Assembly (NCBI GenBank): GCA_009924545.1
Contig: RFRL01000002.1
Location: 1 to 54,104 of the forward strand
Source of the DNA: Planctomycetia bacterium
GTDB lineage: Bacteria; Planctomycetota; Planctomycetia; Pirellulales; UBA1268
DNA: 54,104 nt
Direction: 5' to 3'
Part shown: positions 10,601 through 18,830 of the stretch, one piece after another
Layout: every line of letters begins with the position of its first letter
Numbering within the stretch: position 1 is the stretch's first letter
Translations under genes and position numbers: made by a program
The notes under the pieces: generated by a model
Databases searched by the model: none
Told to the model about the DNA's origin: nothing
Seen by the model: only the letters and a program-made list of their open reading frames with translations

Positions 10601-11339
10601 CGGAGTTGTAGAAGGCGACGCCGCGCTTCTCGCTGATGAACGTCCGCTGGAACCAGCGGAAGCCGGCCGGATCGACCGCCTGCATGAGCCGGTCGACCCA
10701 GCGTGGGAGCCACTCGGGGTTGAAGTCCCAGAGGAAGAACGCGCCCCCCAGGAAGATCACCACCGGCAGCGCGAACACGATCACCGGCTGGCGCGTGCGC
10801 ACCCCCGCCCACATCGACACGCCACCGGTGAAGATCAGCAGCGGCAGACCGAAGAGGAGCAGGGGGCGAAGGTAGTTGCCGAGGGAAAACCCGTTCCGGA
10901 TCGCGCGCGTGGGATCGAGGGGCCAGAACTGGAAGGCGAGGATCTGCACCACGAGCCAGCAGGCGAGCACCACCGCGAGCACGACCACGGCGGCCAGGAA
11001 CCGGGCGAGCGCGTATTCGCCGTGTGTGAGCGGTGTGGCAAGGAGGAGCCGGGAGATCTTCCGGTCGGCATCGACCAGGAGCGGCATCCCGCAGGCGACC
11101 GCCGCGAAGAAGGGGAGCATGATCGAGAGGATCACGACGTCGAGGAAGGCGAGGTTGAACGACCCGTTGATCGCCAACTTCGCCCCGCCGACGTCGGTCG
11201 AGCCGGAGGAAATCTGCACGCCGCCGGCCAAGAGGCCGATCGTGAGCAGCGTCAGGAGCGCGAACATGAAGATCGGCATCGGCCGCTTCCACGCGCCGGC
11301 GAGCTCGAGCCGCACGAAGGAGATGATGCGGGGGATCAT
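7668..11339 (-). CDS. Fusion protein: ABC-2-type multi-pass permease plus C-terminal M1 (gluzincin) aminopeptidase domain
   Basis: The real start is MIPRIISFVRLELAG at 11339, which overlaps the upstream stop as ATGA. The N-terminal ~700 aa contains many hydrophobic helices. The C-terminal part carries the zinc motif VAHEAGHQWWGN...ISEGLAEF (HEAGH encoded at 8430-8444). The 1600-aa track ORF is a run-on. Confidence 0.8.
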   Translation of the reverse strand: MIPRIISFVRLELAGAWKRPMPIFMFALLTLLTIGLLAGGVQISSGSTDVGGAKLAINGSFNLAFLDVVILSIMLPFFAAVACGMPLLVDADRKISRLLLATPLTHGEYALARFLAAVVVLAVVLACWLVVQILAFQFWPLDPTRAIRNGFSLGNYLRPLLLFGLPLLIFTGGVSMWAGVRTRQPVIVFALPVVIFLGGAFFLWDFNPEWLPRWVDRLMQAVDPAGFRWFQRTFISEKRGVAFYNSARVVPDPLFLASRAVIMALGLLGVWAAGRRLRAEERSDRRVGGGAGLLATATRETATAPAAVAARGPLPPATVSPPGLLATTWMVLQRETAALLRSPGIWLFGPLIVLETWGTTFFRPGTLDTELLLTGGEAAARMFVVVSVFLALLTLFYTVESLFREQRVGLDGLSRAAPVPTAGWLAGKALANAAMAMVIVGAAAVTILVTLLVQRFTTGIAVPLDLPAILLVLGLLIVPTLVVWTAFVAFLAALVRNRFAVYGLALSALVATGLANTFGGLNWLTSWYLGGRALQWSELDRLGAMWPAIVANRLVMLALGATLIALTLAIWPRRIPDLRATFDRFRPATFWKTARVPLLVALPLVALGMWTGRMVRAGYEGKPARDAGKAYWRRNSLTWETAPSPALDRVDADVKLFPERRAIAVTGTYVLRNPHREPLAEIPLTVGNHLIARDWTVDGHPADATKSDPPPPSVENRSGLFVVRPPRPLATGETVTVGFALEGEFPKGWSKLSGGMAEFVLPSGVVLTSFSPSFLPVAGFVDGVGVDGKNRRDAKEYPLDHWKTRVDPGFGPAWSTVVRLAIEGPEGWVLNGCGVEESRAGLGDGRQRVVWTTEHPVRFFNIVGGPLKAEQGRRATIYYDPRTPHNVPTMVRALDAARDRYGEWFTEYPWTNLRVTEFPGLAGYAQGFPGNISFSEDIGYLAKPVEKEGSEPDADALDAAFYIVAHEAGHQWWGNIVTPGKGPGGNIISEGLAEFSACMLLHHELSPAQARVLRRRWEKQYVEGRQPDNERAINRIDGSRPGDQVVTYQRAGWAFWMLRGLMGEKAMLAGLEDFIATWRNGVETPDGLDFPLIEDLLASLRPHAPDPAAFDDWVGRWILGKDLPDLEVQDARVEKTTDGWRVTGTLANIGTGRADVRVRVEGKKPGDKGAARPAADAVVAVSADTPGTIEIATDFEPERLVVDPDVDLLFAGRKRTETALTVP

Positions 11340-12361
11340 CGGGCCGCCTCCGTGGTGGTGGGCAGTGAGCGGGCGAGTGCCGGCGGCACCTCGTGGTCGG
11401 CGACGCGCATGAGGACGAGGTAGGCGTCTTCGAGCGTGCCGGCGCTGCGCGTGAATCCGTCGGGGACGGGTCGTCCCGGCGGCACGAAGACGCGCACGCG
11501 GTTGGTGCGTCCCTCGACGAGGACGGCCGAGAGCACGCGGTGGGAGGCCGCGAAGCCGGCGAGGTCGGCGTCGCCGATGAACCCTTCGTGCACCAGGCCG
11601 TCGACGCTTTCCCGGGCCGCGGTCGGCGTGGTGTCGGCCACCACCAGGCCGCTCTTGATCACCGCCAGCCGCGGGCAGAGGGTGGAGACGTCGTCGACGA
11701 TATGGGTCGAGAGGAGCACGACGCGCCCCACCGCCAGCTCCGCGAGCAGCCGGTAGAACCGCTGCCGTTCCTCGGGGTCGAGGCCGGCGGTCGGCTCGTC
11801 GACGATGAGGATCCGCGGGTCGCCGGCGATGGCCTGCGCGAGGCCCAGCCGCTGCCGCATGCCGCCGGAGTAGCCCCCCACCTTGCGCTTCGCCGCGTCG
11901 GCGAGGTTGACGCGCTCCAGCAGCGCGTCGGCCATCGCCCGGCGGCCGCGCGGGCCCGAGATCCCCTTGAGCCGGAGGAGGAACTCGAGCATCGCCCGGC
12001 CGGAGAGCTCGGGATAGAAGCCGAAATCCTGCGGGAGGAAACCGAGCCGGGCACGCACGAAGGCGGGGTTGTCGACGATGTTGGTCCCGTCGAGGAGGAC
12101 GTCGCCGGCGGTCGGTTCGACGAGGCCGGCCACGATGCTCATCAGGGTGCTCTTGCCGGCGCCGTTGGGGCCGAGGAGGCCGAACATGCCTCCGGGGATC
12201 TCCAGGTCCACCCCCTTGAGTGCGCAGACCGGACCGGGGTGGATCTTCACGAGGCCCTGGATCGAGAGGCCGGCCGGGGCGGCCGACGACGCGTGGGTGC
12301 CCTCGGCGGCGCGCGGGGTGATGGGCGCGCCTCGGGTGGTGAAGGCGATCGTGCGGCTCAT
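11336..12361 (-). CDS. ABC transporter ATP-binding protein
   Basis: Walker A GPNGAGKST, signature YSGGMRQRL, Walker B ILIVDEPTAGLD. ATGA overlaps occur at both ends (12358-12361 and 11336-11339). Confidence 0.9.
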   Translation of the reverse strand: MSRTIAFTTRGAPITPRAAEGTHASSAAPAGLSIQGLVKIHPGPVCALKGVDLEIPGGMFGLLGPNGAGKSTLMSIVAGLVEPTAGDVLLDGTNIVDNPAFVRARLGFLPQDFGFYPELSGRAMLEFLLRLKGISGPRGRRAMADALLERVNLADAAKRKVGGYSGGMRQRLGLAQAIAGDPRILIVDEPTAGLDPEERQRFYRLLAELAVGRVVLLSTHIVDDVSTLCPRLAVIKSGLVVADTTPTAARESVDGLVHEGFIGDADLAGFAASHRVLSAVLVEGRTNRVRVFVPPGRPVPDGFTRSAGTLEDAYLVLMRVADHEVPPALARSLPTTTEAAR

Positions 12362-13035
12362 GGGACGCGTTTCCTGGAGGAGGAGGGGGTAGGCGACGAC
12401 CGTGCTGGGGGGCGAACACCACGGGAGCGGGTGGTGGCGCGCGAACGCGCCGCGCCACGACGGCGGACAATCGGCGCGACGAGGACCGTCACAAGCTGAA
12501 GCCGTGTTGCCGCGGTGCGTGTCTTCTTTCTTTCGAGGAAGTCGGCGAGGCTGCTGAAGATCGCGTTGAGTTCGTCGAAGTCGGCAGGGGTGAGCCAGAC
12601 GTGCTCGAAGAACGCCCGCGTGTTACAGGGCTTGTCGAGCCCCAGGCCGACGAGTTGTCCGGCGGCGGCGGCGGCGCGGAACGTGCGGACCGACATCGTG
12701 AGGATCGTCGTCGCCGTCACCAGGTAGGCGTCGTTGACCGCCTGTCCCCCGGCCTTTCCGAAGCGGGGGGCGAGGTCGTCGGCGATCATGTCGTAGATCC
12801 GTTCCGTCCGCCTCCCGGCGCGCCGCGTTCCCGTCTCGACGACGACCCCGGTGGCGATGATCTTTTCGAAGTGGCGGTAGAGCGAGTCGGCCGGACGGTC
12901 GAGTTGCCGGGCCACGTCGGCGATCCCGCAGGGGCCGAGCATCCGCAGGGTCTCGAGGATCTCGGCGCGGACCGGGGCGACGAGGATCTTCCAGACGGCG
13001 GGGTCGGTGACATAGTGGACGGGCTTGCGCGGCAT
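12358..13035 (-). CDS. ArsR-like winged-helix transcriptional regulator
   Basis: The start MPRKPVHY at 13035 follows an AT-richer leader. HTH region: VRAEILETLRMLGPCGIADVARQLDRPADSLYRHFEKIIATGVV. The stop overlaps the ABC ATPase start. Confidence 0.7.
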   Translation of the reverse strand: MPRKPVHYVTDPAVWKILVAPVRAEILETLRMLGPCGIADVARQLDRPADSLYRHFEKIIATGVVVETGTRRAGRRTERIYDMIADDLAPRFGKAGGQAVNDAYLVTATTILTMSVRTFRAAAAAGQLVGLGLDKPCNTRAFFEHVWLTPADFDELNAIFSSLADFLERKKTRTAATRLQLVTVLVAPIVRRRGAARSRATTRSRGVRPPARSSPTPSSSRKRVP

Positions 13036-13055
13036 GTCACGATTCTGCCTTGGTG

Positions 13056-13079
13056 TTGTCTTTCGGTCAAGAAAGTCAA
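13056..13079. promoter_or_regulatory. Candidate operator: 9-bp inverted repeat TTGTCTTTC-N6-GAAAGTCAA
   Basis: Near-perfect palindrome (1 mismatch) in the only AT-rich patch of the divergent intergenic region. It lies 21 nt upstream of the ArsR-like start codon. Confidence 0.3.
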
Positions 13080-13271
13080 CAAATGCCTGCCCGCGACCGA
13101 CCGCGAACCGGGGCCCGGTTGGTCGCGGAATCGGGTCGCGGACGGCGGCGTGACAATCGCCGTGGTTGATCGCCCGGAGCCGGTGTGGACGGGAGGGGCG
13201 CGGCTGAAACCCGGCTGGTCGCCCCTCAGGGCAATGATGAAGATGGCCGTTCACGGCCGGAGGCACATGGC

Positions 13272-15959
13272 ATGGGATGGCAACCCGACAAATGGTTCTG
13301 GGCCCTGGCGCGGCAGGTCCTGCGGCTGCGCTACCGGGTGACCACCGCGGGGATGGGGGTGGTCCGCACCCTCCCCGGGCCGGTGCTCGTGCTCCCCAAC
13401 CATCCCGCCTATGTCGATCCGCCGCTGGTGCTGTCACATGTCCCGGTCCGGCAGTCGCTGCGGCCGCTGGTGTTCTCCGGGGTGTTCCGCCTGCCGCCGG
13501 TGCGGCCGCTGATGACGCTCGTCGACGCCTTCGAGGTGCCCGATCTCACGGCGCAGAGCCGCGACGCCGCCGCGCGCACCAAGGAACTGATCGACGCCGT
13601 CGTGGCGCGCGTCGATGCCGGCGACAGCTTCCTCATCTACCCCTCCGGCCGGCTCCGCCGTGGCGACCGCGAGGTGGTGGGCTCGGCCCGCCTCGTGCAC
13701 GAGCTCGTGGCACGCTGTCCGCAGGCCCAGGTGGTGCTGGTGCGGACGCGCGGGGTGTTCGGGAGCATGTACAGCTGTGCCCGTGACGGGCAGCTTCCCG
13801 ACCTCGGTAGCGCCATCGCCCGGTCGCTCGGTTGGGGGCTGGCGAGCCTCGTGTTTTTCCTCCCCCGGCGCCGCGTCCACATGCAGGCCGAGGTGGTCCC
13901 GCGTGAGGGGCTCCCGCTGGAGTCTCGCGAGGCGTTCAACACGTTCCTGGAGAAGTGGTACGACGCCGATGGCGGCGAGGTCCCGTCGTTCGTGCGCTAC
14001 AACGCCTTTTTCGGGCCCGCCAGCGCCGTCTACGGGCAGCGGACCGGCGGCGCTGCCGTCGATCCGGCGCAGCTCAATCCGCGCACGGTGCGGGCCGTCA
14101 ACGGCCTCGTGGCCACGCACTTGAAACGTGAATTCAGCACCGACGAGCTCCGCGCCGACACGACCCTCGAGTCGCTCGGCCCCGACGAGCTCCGCGCCGA
14201 CACGACCCTCGAGTCGCTCGGCCTCGACAGCCTCGACCGCATGGACCTGGCGCTGGCGATCGAGCAGCAGTTCGGCTTCCACAGCGACGCGGTGGTCGAC
14301 ACGGTGGGCCAATTGTGGGCCCTCGCCGACGGGCGGCTGCCGGCGGGTGGCAAGGGGGCCAAGACTGCGACCGTGCCCCCCGCCTGGTTCGGGCCGGCGG
14401 CCCGCGGCGACGTCGGCGTGCTCGCCGACACGATGGCCGAGGCGTTCGTCCGCCGGGTGGCGGCCGACCCCGGCGCTGTGGCGGTCGCCGACGCGGTTTC
14501 GGGATTGCTCACCCGGCAGCGGCTCCTCGTCGCGGCCACGCTCATGTCGCGCCGGTTCGCCGCCTGGCCCGAGGCGCACGTCGGCGTGATGCTGCCGGCT
14601 AGCGCCGCCGCCGACATCGTTTTCTTCGCCCTCCATCTGGCCGGCAAGGTGCCGGTGATGATGAACTGGACCACCGGTCCTGCCAACCTCGCCCACGGCA
14701 TCGCCGTCACCGGGACGCGGCGGATCGTCACCTCGCGGAAGCTCGTCGATCGCCTGGGGATCGAGGTGGAGGGGGCCGAGTACGCGTTCCTCGAAGACAT
14801 CAAGGCGGGGATCGGCAAGCCCGAGGCCCTCGCCACCCTCGCGCGGGCGAAGTTCGCCGGCGGGTCGTTCCTCCGCGGTGTGCCCCGTCAGGCGGCCGAC
14901 GATCCCGCCGTGTTCCTCTTCACCAGCGGCTCCGAAAGCGCACCCAAGACCGTCCCTCTCACCCACCGCAATCTCGTCACCAACGTCGGCGACAGCCTGG
15001 AGGTGCTCGGGGCCGACGGGCGCGATTCCCTCCTCGGCTTCCTCCCCCCGTTCCACAGCTTCGGCCTCACGGGCAACGTGGTCATGCCGCTCCTGGCGGG
15101 AATCCGCAGCGTCCGCCACGCCGACCCCACCGACGCCCACGCGCTGGTGCGCCTCATCGGGGCGTGGCGGCCGTCGCTCCTGTTCACCACGCCGACGTTC
15201 CTCGGCTACATGCTCGCCGCCTGCCGCGGCGACGAGATGGCCAGCCTCCGGAAGATCATCTGCGGGGCGGAGAAGTGCCCGGAGGCGATCTTCACCGCCT
15301 GCGTCACGCGTGCGCCGGAGGCGGTGATCCTCGAGGGCTACGGGATCACCGAGTGCGCGCCGGTCGTCGCGGCCAACCGCCTCGGCATGCGGAAGACGGG
15401 GAGCATCGGCAAGCCGGTGCGCCATGTCGAGGTGACGATCGTCGATCCCGAGACACACGAGCCGGTGCCGGCGGAGGATGGCGGCATGCTCCTCGTCCGC
15501 GGGCCGTCGGTGTTTCCGGGGTATCACCGCCACGACGGGGCGACGCCGTTCGTCGAGTCGCAGGGGGCGACGTGGTACCGCACCGGCGACCTCGTCAGCG
15601 CCGACGCCGACGGCTACCTCTACTTCCGCGGCCGGCTGAAGCGCTTCCTCAAGGCGGGTGGCGAGATGATCTCGCTACCGGCGCTCGAGGAACCGTTCCA
15701 GAAGCGGTTTCCCCCCGACGAGTCGGGGCCGCGGGTGGCGGTGGAGGGGATCGAGACCGACGAGGGGCGGCACGTCGTCCTCTTCACCACCTTCGACCTG
15801 CCCCTGCGCGAGGCTGCGGCGATCCTCCTCGAGGCCGGGCTCCGCGGGGTGATGCGCCTCGACGAGGTGCGGCGCATCGACAGGATCCCCGTTCTCGGCA
15901 CCGGCAAGACCGACTACACGTCCCTGCGCCGCCTGGTGGCCGAGGCGGCGGCGGGGTGA
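13272..15959 (+). CDS. Tri-domain Aas-like protein: lysophospholipid acyltransferase (PlsC-type), acyl-carrier domain, and AMP-dependent acyl synthetase
   Basis: HX4D motif NHPAYVDP. Carrier motif LGLDSLDRMDLALAIEQQFG. AMP-binding cores FLFTSGSESAPKTV, GYGITE, YRTGDL and GRLKRFLKAGGEMIS. The ATG at 13272 (MGWQPDKWFW) is preferred over 13185. Confidence 0.85.
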   Translation: MGWQPDKWFWALARQVLRLRYRVTTAGMGVVRTLPGPVLVLPNHPAYVDPPLVLSHVPVRQSLRPLVFSGVFRLPPVRPLMTLVDAFEVPDLTAQSRDAAARTKELIDAVVARVDAGDSFLIYPSGRLRRGDREVVGSARLVHELVARCPQAQVVLVRTRGVFGSMYSCARDGQLPDLGSAIARSLGWGLASLVFFLPRRRVHMQAEVVPREGLPLESREAFNTFLEKWYDADGGEVPSFVRYNAFFGPASAVYGQRTGGAAVDPAQLNPRTVRAVNGLVATHLKREFSTDELRADTTLESLGPDELRADTTLESLGLDSLDRMDLALAIEQQFGFHSDAVVDTVGQLWALADGRLPAGGKGAKTATVPPAWFGPAARGDVGVLADTMAEAFVRRVAADPGAVAVADAVSGLLTRQRLLVAATLMSRRFAAWPEAHVGVMLPASAAADIVFFALHLAGKVPVMMNWTTGPANLAHGIAVTGTRRIVTSRKLVDRLGIEVEGAEYAFLEDIKAGIGKPEALATLARAKFAGGSFLRGVPRQAADDPAVFLFTSGSESAPKTVPLTHRNLVTNVGDSLEVLGADGRDSLLGFLPPFHSFGLTGNVVMPLLAGIRSVRHADPTDAHALVRLIGAWRPSLLFTTPTFLGYMLAACRGDEMASLRKIICGAEKCPEAIFTACVTRAPEAVILEGYGITECAPVVAANRLGMRKTGSIGKPVRHVEVTIVDPETHEPVPAEDGGMLLVRGPSVFPGYHRHDGATPFVESQGATWYRTGDLVSADADGYLYFRGRLKRFLKAGGEMISLPALEEPFQKRFPPDESGPRVAVEGIETDEGRHVVLFTTFDLPLREAAAILLEAGLRGVMRLDEVRRIDRIPVLGTGKTDYTSLRRLVAEAAAG
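14142..14225 (+). repeat. Perfect 42-bp in-frame tandem duplication inside the carrier domain
   Basis: gacgagctccgcgccgacacgaccctcgagtcgctcggcc occurs twice (14142 and 14184). The copies differ only in the last codon (ccc versus ctc), giving DELRADTTLESLGP-DELRADTTLESLGL just before DSL. Confidence 0.9.
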
Positions 15960-16103
15960 ACCCGTTCCGGTCGTCATCCGCGACGTCGGTGCGGCATTCG
16001 TTTCCCCGGCGGCGATTTCGCCGGTGAAAGGCGGCGCGACGGTCGTGCACCCGCCGCCGATCTGCGAGACTGGGCCGATCCGGTACCGGCTCCGTCGCGA
16101 GGC

Positions 16104-17250
16104 TTGCCAATGCCCACCGAGAACCGCACGGCCGAGCTGCACCTCCCCCGCCGCGTGATCGGTGGCCGCGGGGCGGCGCTCTTCTTGGCGGATCTGTGCG
16201 CCGGCCAGGGGTGGCGCCGGGTGTTTGTCGTGAGTGACGCCGGGGTCGAGGGGGCCGGTCTCCTCGGGCGGGTGCGGGCGCCGCTGGAGGCGGCCGGGCT
16301 GCTTGCCGGTTGGTCCACCGCGGTGCCGGCGGAGCCGCCGCTCGACGCGGTCGATGCGCTGGCCGCGCGGATCGTGGCGAGCGGTGCCGACGCGCTGGTC
16401 GGTCTCGGCGGCGGCAGCGTGATGGACGCCACGAAGGTGGCGGCCGTGGTGGCCGCCCACGGGGGCGCGGCAGCCGACCTCGTGGGGATCGGGAGGGCGG
16501 GGCGGCGCGGTCTGCCCACGGTGCTCGTGCCCACCACCGCCGGCACCGGCTCCGAAGCCACGCGGGTGGCGATCCTCACCGACACCCACCAGGGCACCAA
16601 GCTCGGGGTCGTCGATCCCGTGCTCCTCCCCGACGTCGCCGTGGTCGATGCCGCCCTCACCGACTCGCTCCCGGCGCTGGTCACCGCCGCGGCGGGGATG
16701 GACGCGCTCGTCCACGCCATCGAGGCCTTCACCGCGCGCGTGGCCACGCCCCTGGCCCGCGGCCTCGCGCTGGAGTCGGCGCGGGGCATCGGTGGGGCGC
16801 TCGAGCGGGTCTGCAGCCATCCCGACGACACCGCCGCCCGCGACACGATGGCCTGGGCGGCGCACCTCGCCGGCATGGCCTTCAGCAACTCGTCGTGCTG
16901 TGCGGTGCACGCCCTCGCCCTGCCGCTCGGCGGTCGCTGCCACCTGCCCCACGGCGTGATCACCGGCACGTTCGTGGGCGCCATGGTGCGCTTCAACGGC
17001 CCGGTCGCCGCCGCCGACCACGCGCTGCTGGCCACCGCTCTCGGCTGGGGCCCGCTCGATCCGCCTGCCTTCGCCCAGCGCCTCGACCAGCTCGCCGAGT
17101 CGATCGGCCTGACTGCCGTGCTCCGGGCGACGGTCGTGCCCGCGGGCGTGTTGCCGGCGCTGGCGCGTGAGGCCGTATCCCAATCCCCGGCCCGTGTCGG
17201 TGGAGGATGCGGTGGCGATCTACGAGTCGGTTCTCGCGCTGGAGCCGTGA
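16104..17250 (+). CDS. Iron-containing (group III) alcohol dehydrogenase with an apparent +1 frameshift near the 3' end
   Basis: GLGGGSVMDATK motif and family-typical His-rich region. The canonical C-terminus NPRPVSVEDAVAIYESVLALEP* is readable only after skipping one nt at about 17178-17181. The uninterrupted track ORF runs to 17297 with an Arg/Gly-rich tail. Confidence 0.8.
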
Positions 17251-17312
17251 CCGCGGGGCCGGGCCCCGATCCCCGAGCGTGGCCGATTCCCGGGTGAAGA
17301 AGGAGCGGAGCG

Positions 17313-18803
17313 ATGCGGATGGTTCCCGAGGCGTGGTTCGAGCCGCGGCCGTGGGTCGCCGGGGAGTGGCAGACCACCGCGGATTCGTTTGTGGTCACCG
17401 ATCCGGCCACGGGCCGTTCGCTCGCCGACGTCGGCCCGCTCGCCGACGTCGGCCGCGCCGACGCCGCGCTCGTGGAGCGGGCGTGTGCGTCTGCCGCGGC
17501 GGCACTGCCCGACTGGAGCCACGCCTCCCCGTTCGCCCGGGGACAGGTACTCACCCGGTGTGCGGCGTTGATGAGCGTCCGGCGCGACGCGCTGGCCCGC
17601 CTGATCACGGCGGAGCAGGGGAAGCCCCTGGCCCAGGCCCGCGCCGAGGTGGACTACGCCGTGAGTTTCTTCCAGTGGTTCGGCGAGGAGGCGCGACGCG
17701 TGCACGGTCGGCTCGCCTCCCACCCCGAGGCCGACCGGGAGTTCGTCATCGAGCGGCGGCCGGCCGGCGTGGCCGGGCTCGTCACCCCATGGAACTTCCC
17801 GCTGGCGCAGGCGGCGAAGAAGGTCGCCGCGGCGCTGGCCGCCGGGTGCACCGCGGTGTGGAAGCCGGCGGAGGCGACGCCGCTGGTGGCGCTCGGGCTG
17901 GTGCCGCTGTTGATCGAGGCGGGCATGCCTCCCGCGGTGCTCGCCGTCGTGCCGGGGCGGGGCGGCGAAGTCGGGCCGGTGCTCGCGGCCCATCCTGCCG
18001 TCCGTGTCCTCAGCCTCACCGGGTCGACCGCCACGGGGCGGAGCCTGATGGTGGCGGCAGCGGCGGGGATCAAGCGGGTGTCGCTCGAGTTGGGGGGCAA
18101 CGCCCCGTTCATCGTCCTTCCGGACGCCGATCCCGACTTCGTGGCCGACCAGCTCGTGCGCCTCAAGCTCTTCGTGTCGGGGCAGGTGTGCGTGACCGCC
18201 AACCGGGTGTTCGTGCCGTCCGGCCTGGAAGCGGCACTGGTGTCGCGGCTCACCGACCGGTTGCTGGCGGCCCGGGTGGGCGACGGCATGGCCGAGGGCG
18301 TCGATGCCGGACCGCTGATCCATGCACGGGCGTGCGCCGACGTGGGGAGCCTCGTCCGCGAGGCGGTGGCCGACGGAGCCAAACTGGTGTGTGCGAACCG
18401 TGGCTACGAGGCCGACGCCGACCTCCGCGGCGGCAGCTTTTTCCCGCCCACGCTCCTCTGCGGGGTGACCGACGGGATGCGGATCGCCCGCGAAGAGATT
18501 TTCGGTCCGGTGATTTCCCTGCTGTGCTACGACCGCCCCGCCGCCGCGGTGGCACGGGCCAATGCCACCCCCGCCGGCCTGGCGGGCTATGTCTACGGCA
18601 CCGATCTGGCCGCCTGCCGAGCCGTTGCCGCCGCGCTCGACGTGGGGATCGTCGGCGTCAACGAATGGCGGCCGCTCAAGGCGGAGATCCCCTTCGGCGG
18701 CGTCAAGGAGAGCGGTATCGGTGCCGAGGGGGGCGCGGAGGGGATCGGCGAGTTCCTCGACACCCGCGTGATCTCGTTGCCGCGGCCCCGGCTGCCCGAC
18801 TGA
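17313..18803 (+). CDS. NAD(P)-dependent aldehyde dehydrogenase (succinate-semialdehyde dehydrogenase-like)
   Basis: AAGGAG lies 8 nt upstream of the ATG. Catalytic Glu LELGGNAPFIV and catalytic Cys SGQVCVTANRVF; also TPWNFP. Confidence 0.9.
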   Translation: MRMVPEAWFEPRPWVAGEWQTTADSFVVTDPATGRSLADVGPLADVGRADAALVERACASAAAALPDWSHASPFARGQVLTRCAALMSVRRDALARLITAEQGKPLAQARAEVDYAVSFFQWFGEEARRVHGRLASHPEADREFVIERRPAGVAGLVTPWNFPLAQAAKKVAAALAAGCTAVWKPAEATPLVALGLVPLLIEAGMPPAVLAVVPGRGGEVGPVLAAHPAVRVLSLTGSTATGRSLMVAAAAGIKRVSLELGGNAPFIVLPDADPDFVADQLVRLKLFVSGQVCVTANRVFVPSGLEAALVSRLTDRLLAARVGDGMAEGVDAGPLIHARACADVGSLVREAVADGAKLVCANRGYEADADLRGGSFFPPTLLCGVTDGMRIAREEIFGPVISLLCYDRPAAAVARANATPAGLAGYVYGTDLAACRAVAAALDVGIVGVNEWRPLKAEIPFGGVKESGIGAEGGAEGIGEFLDTRVISLPRPRLPD

Positions 18804-18830
18804 CGACCGCCGCCCACGCGACTTGCCGGC

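Noticed and set aside
7668-12470. 1600-aa ORF in the six-frame track
   Set aside because: It is a run-on artefact. Its first ~377 residues are an Arg/Pro-rich out-of-frame reading across the ABC ATPase gene (11336-12361). The real protein starts at MIPRIISF (11339).
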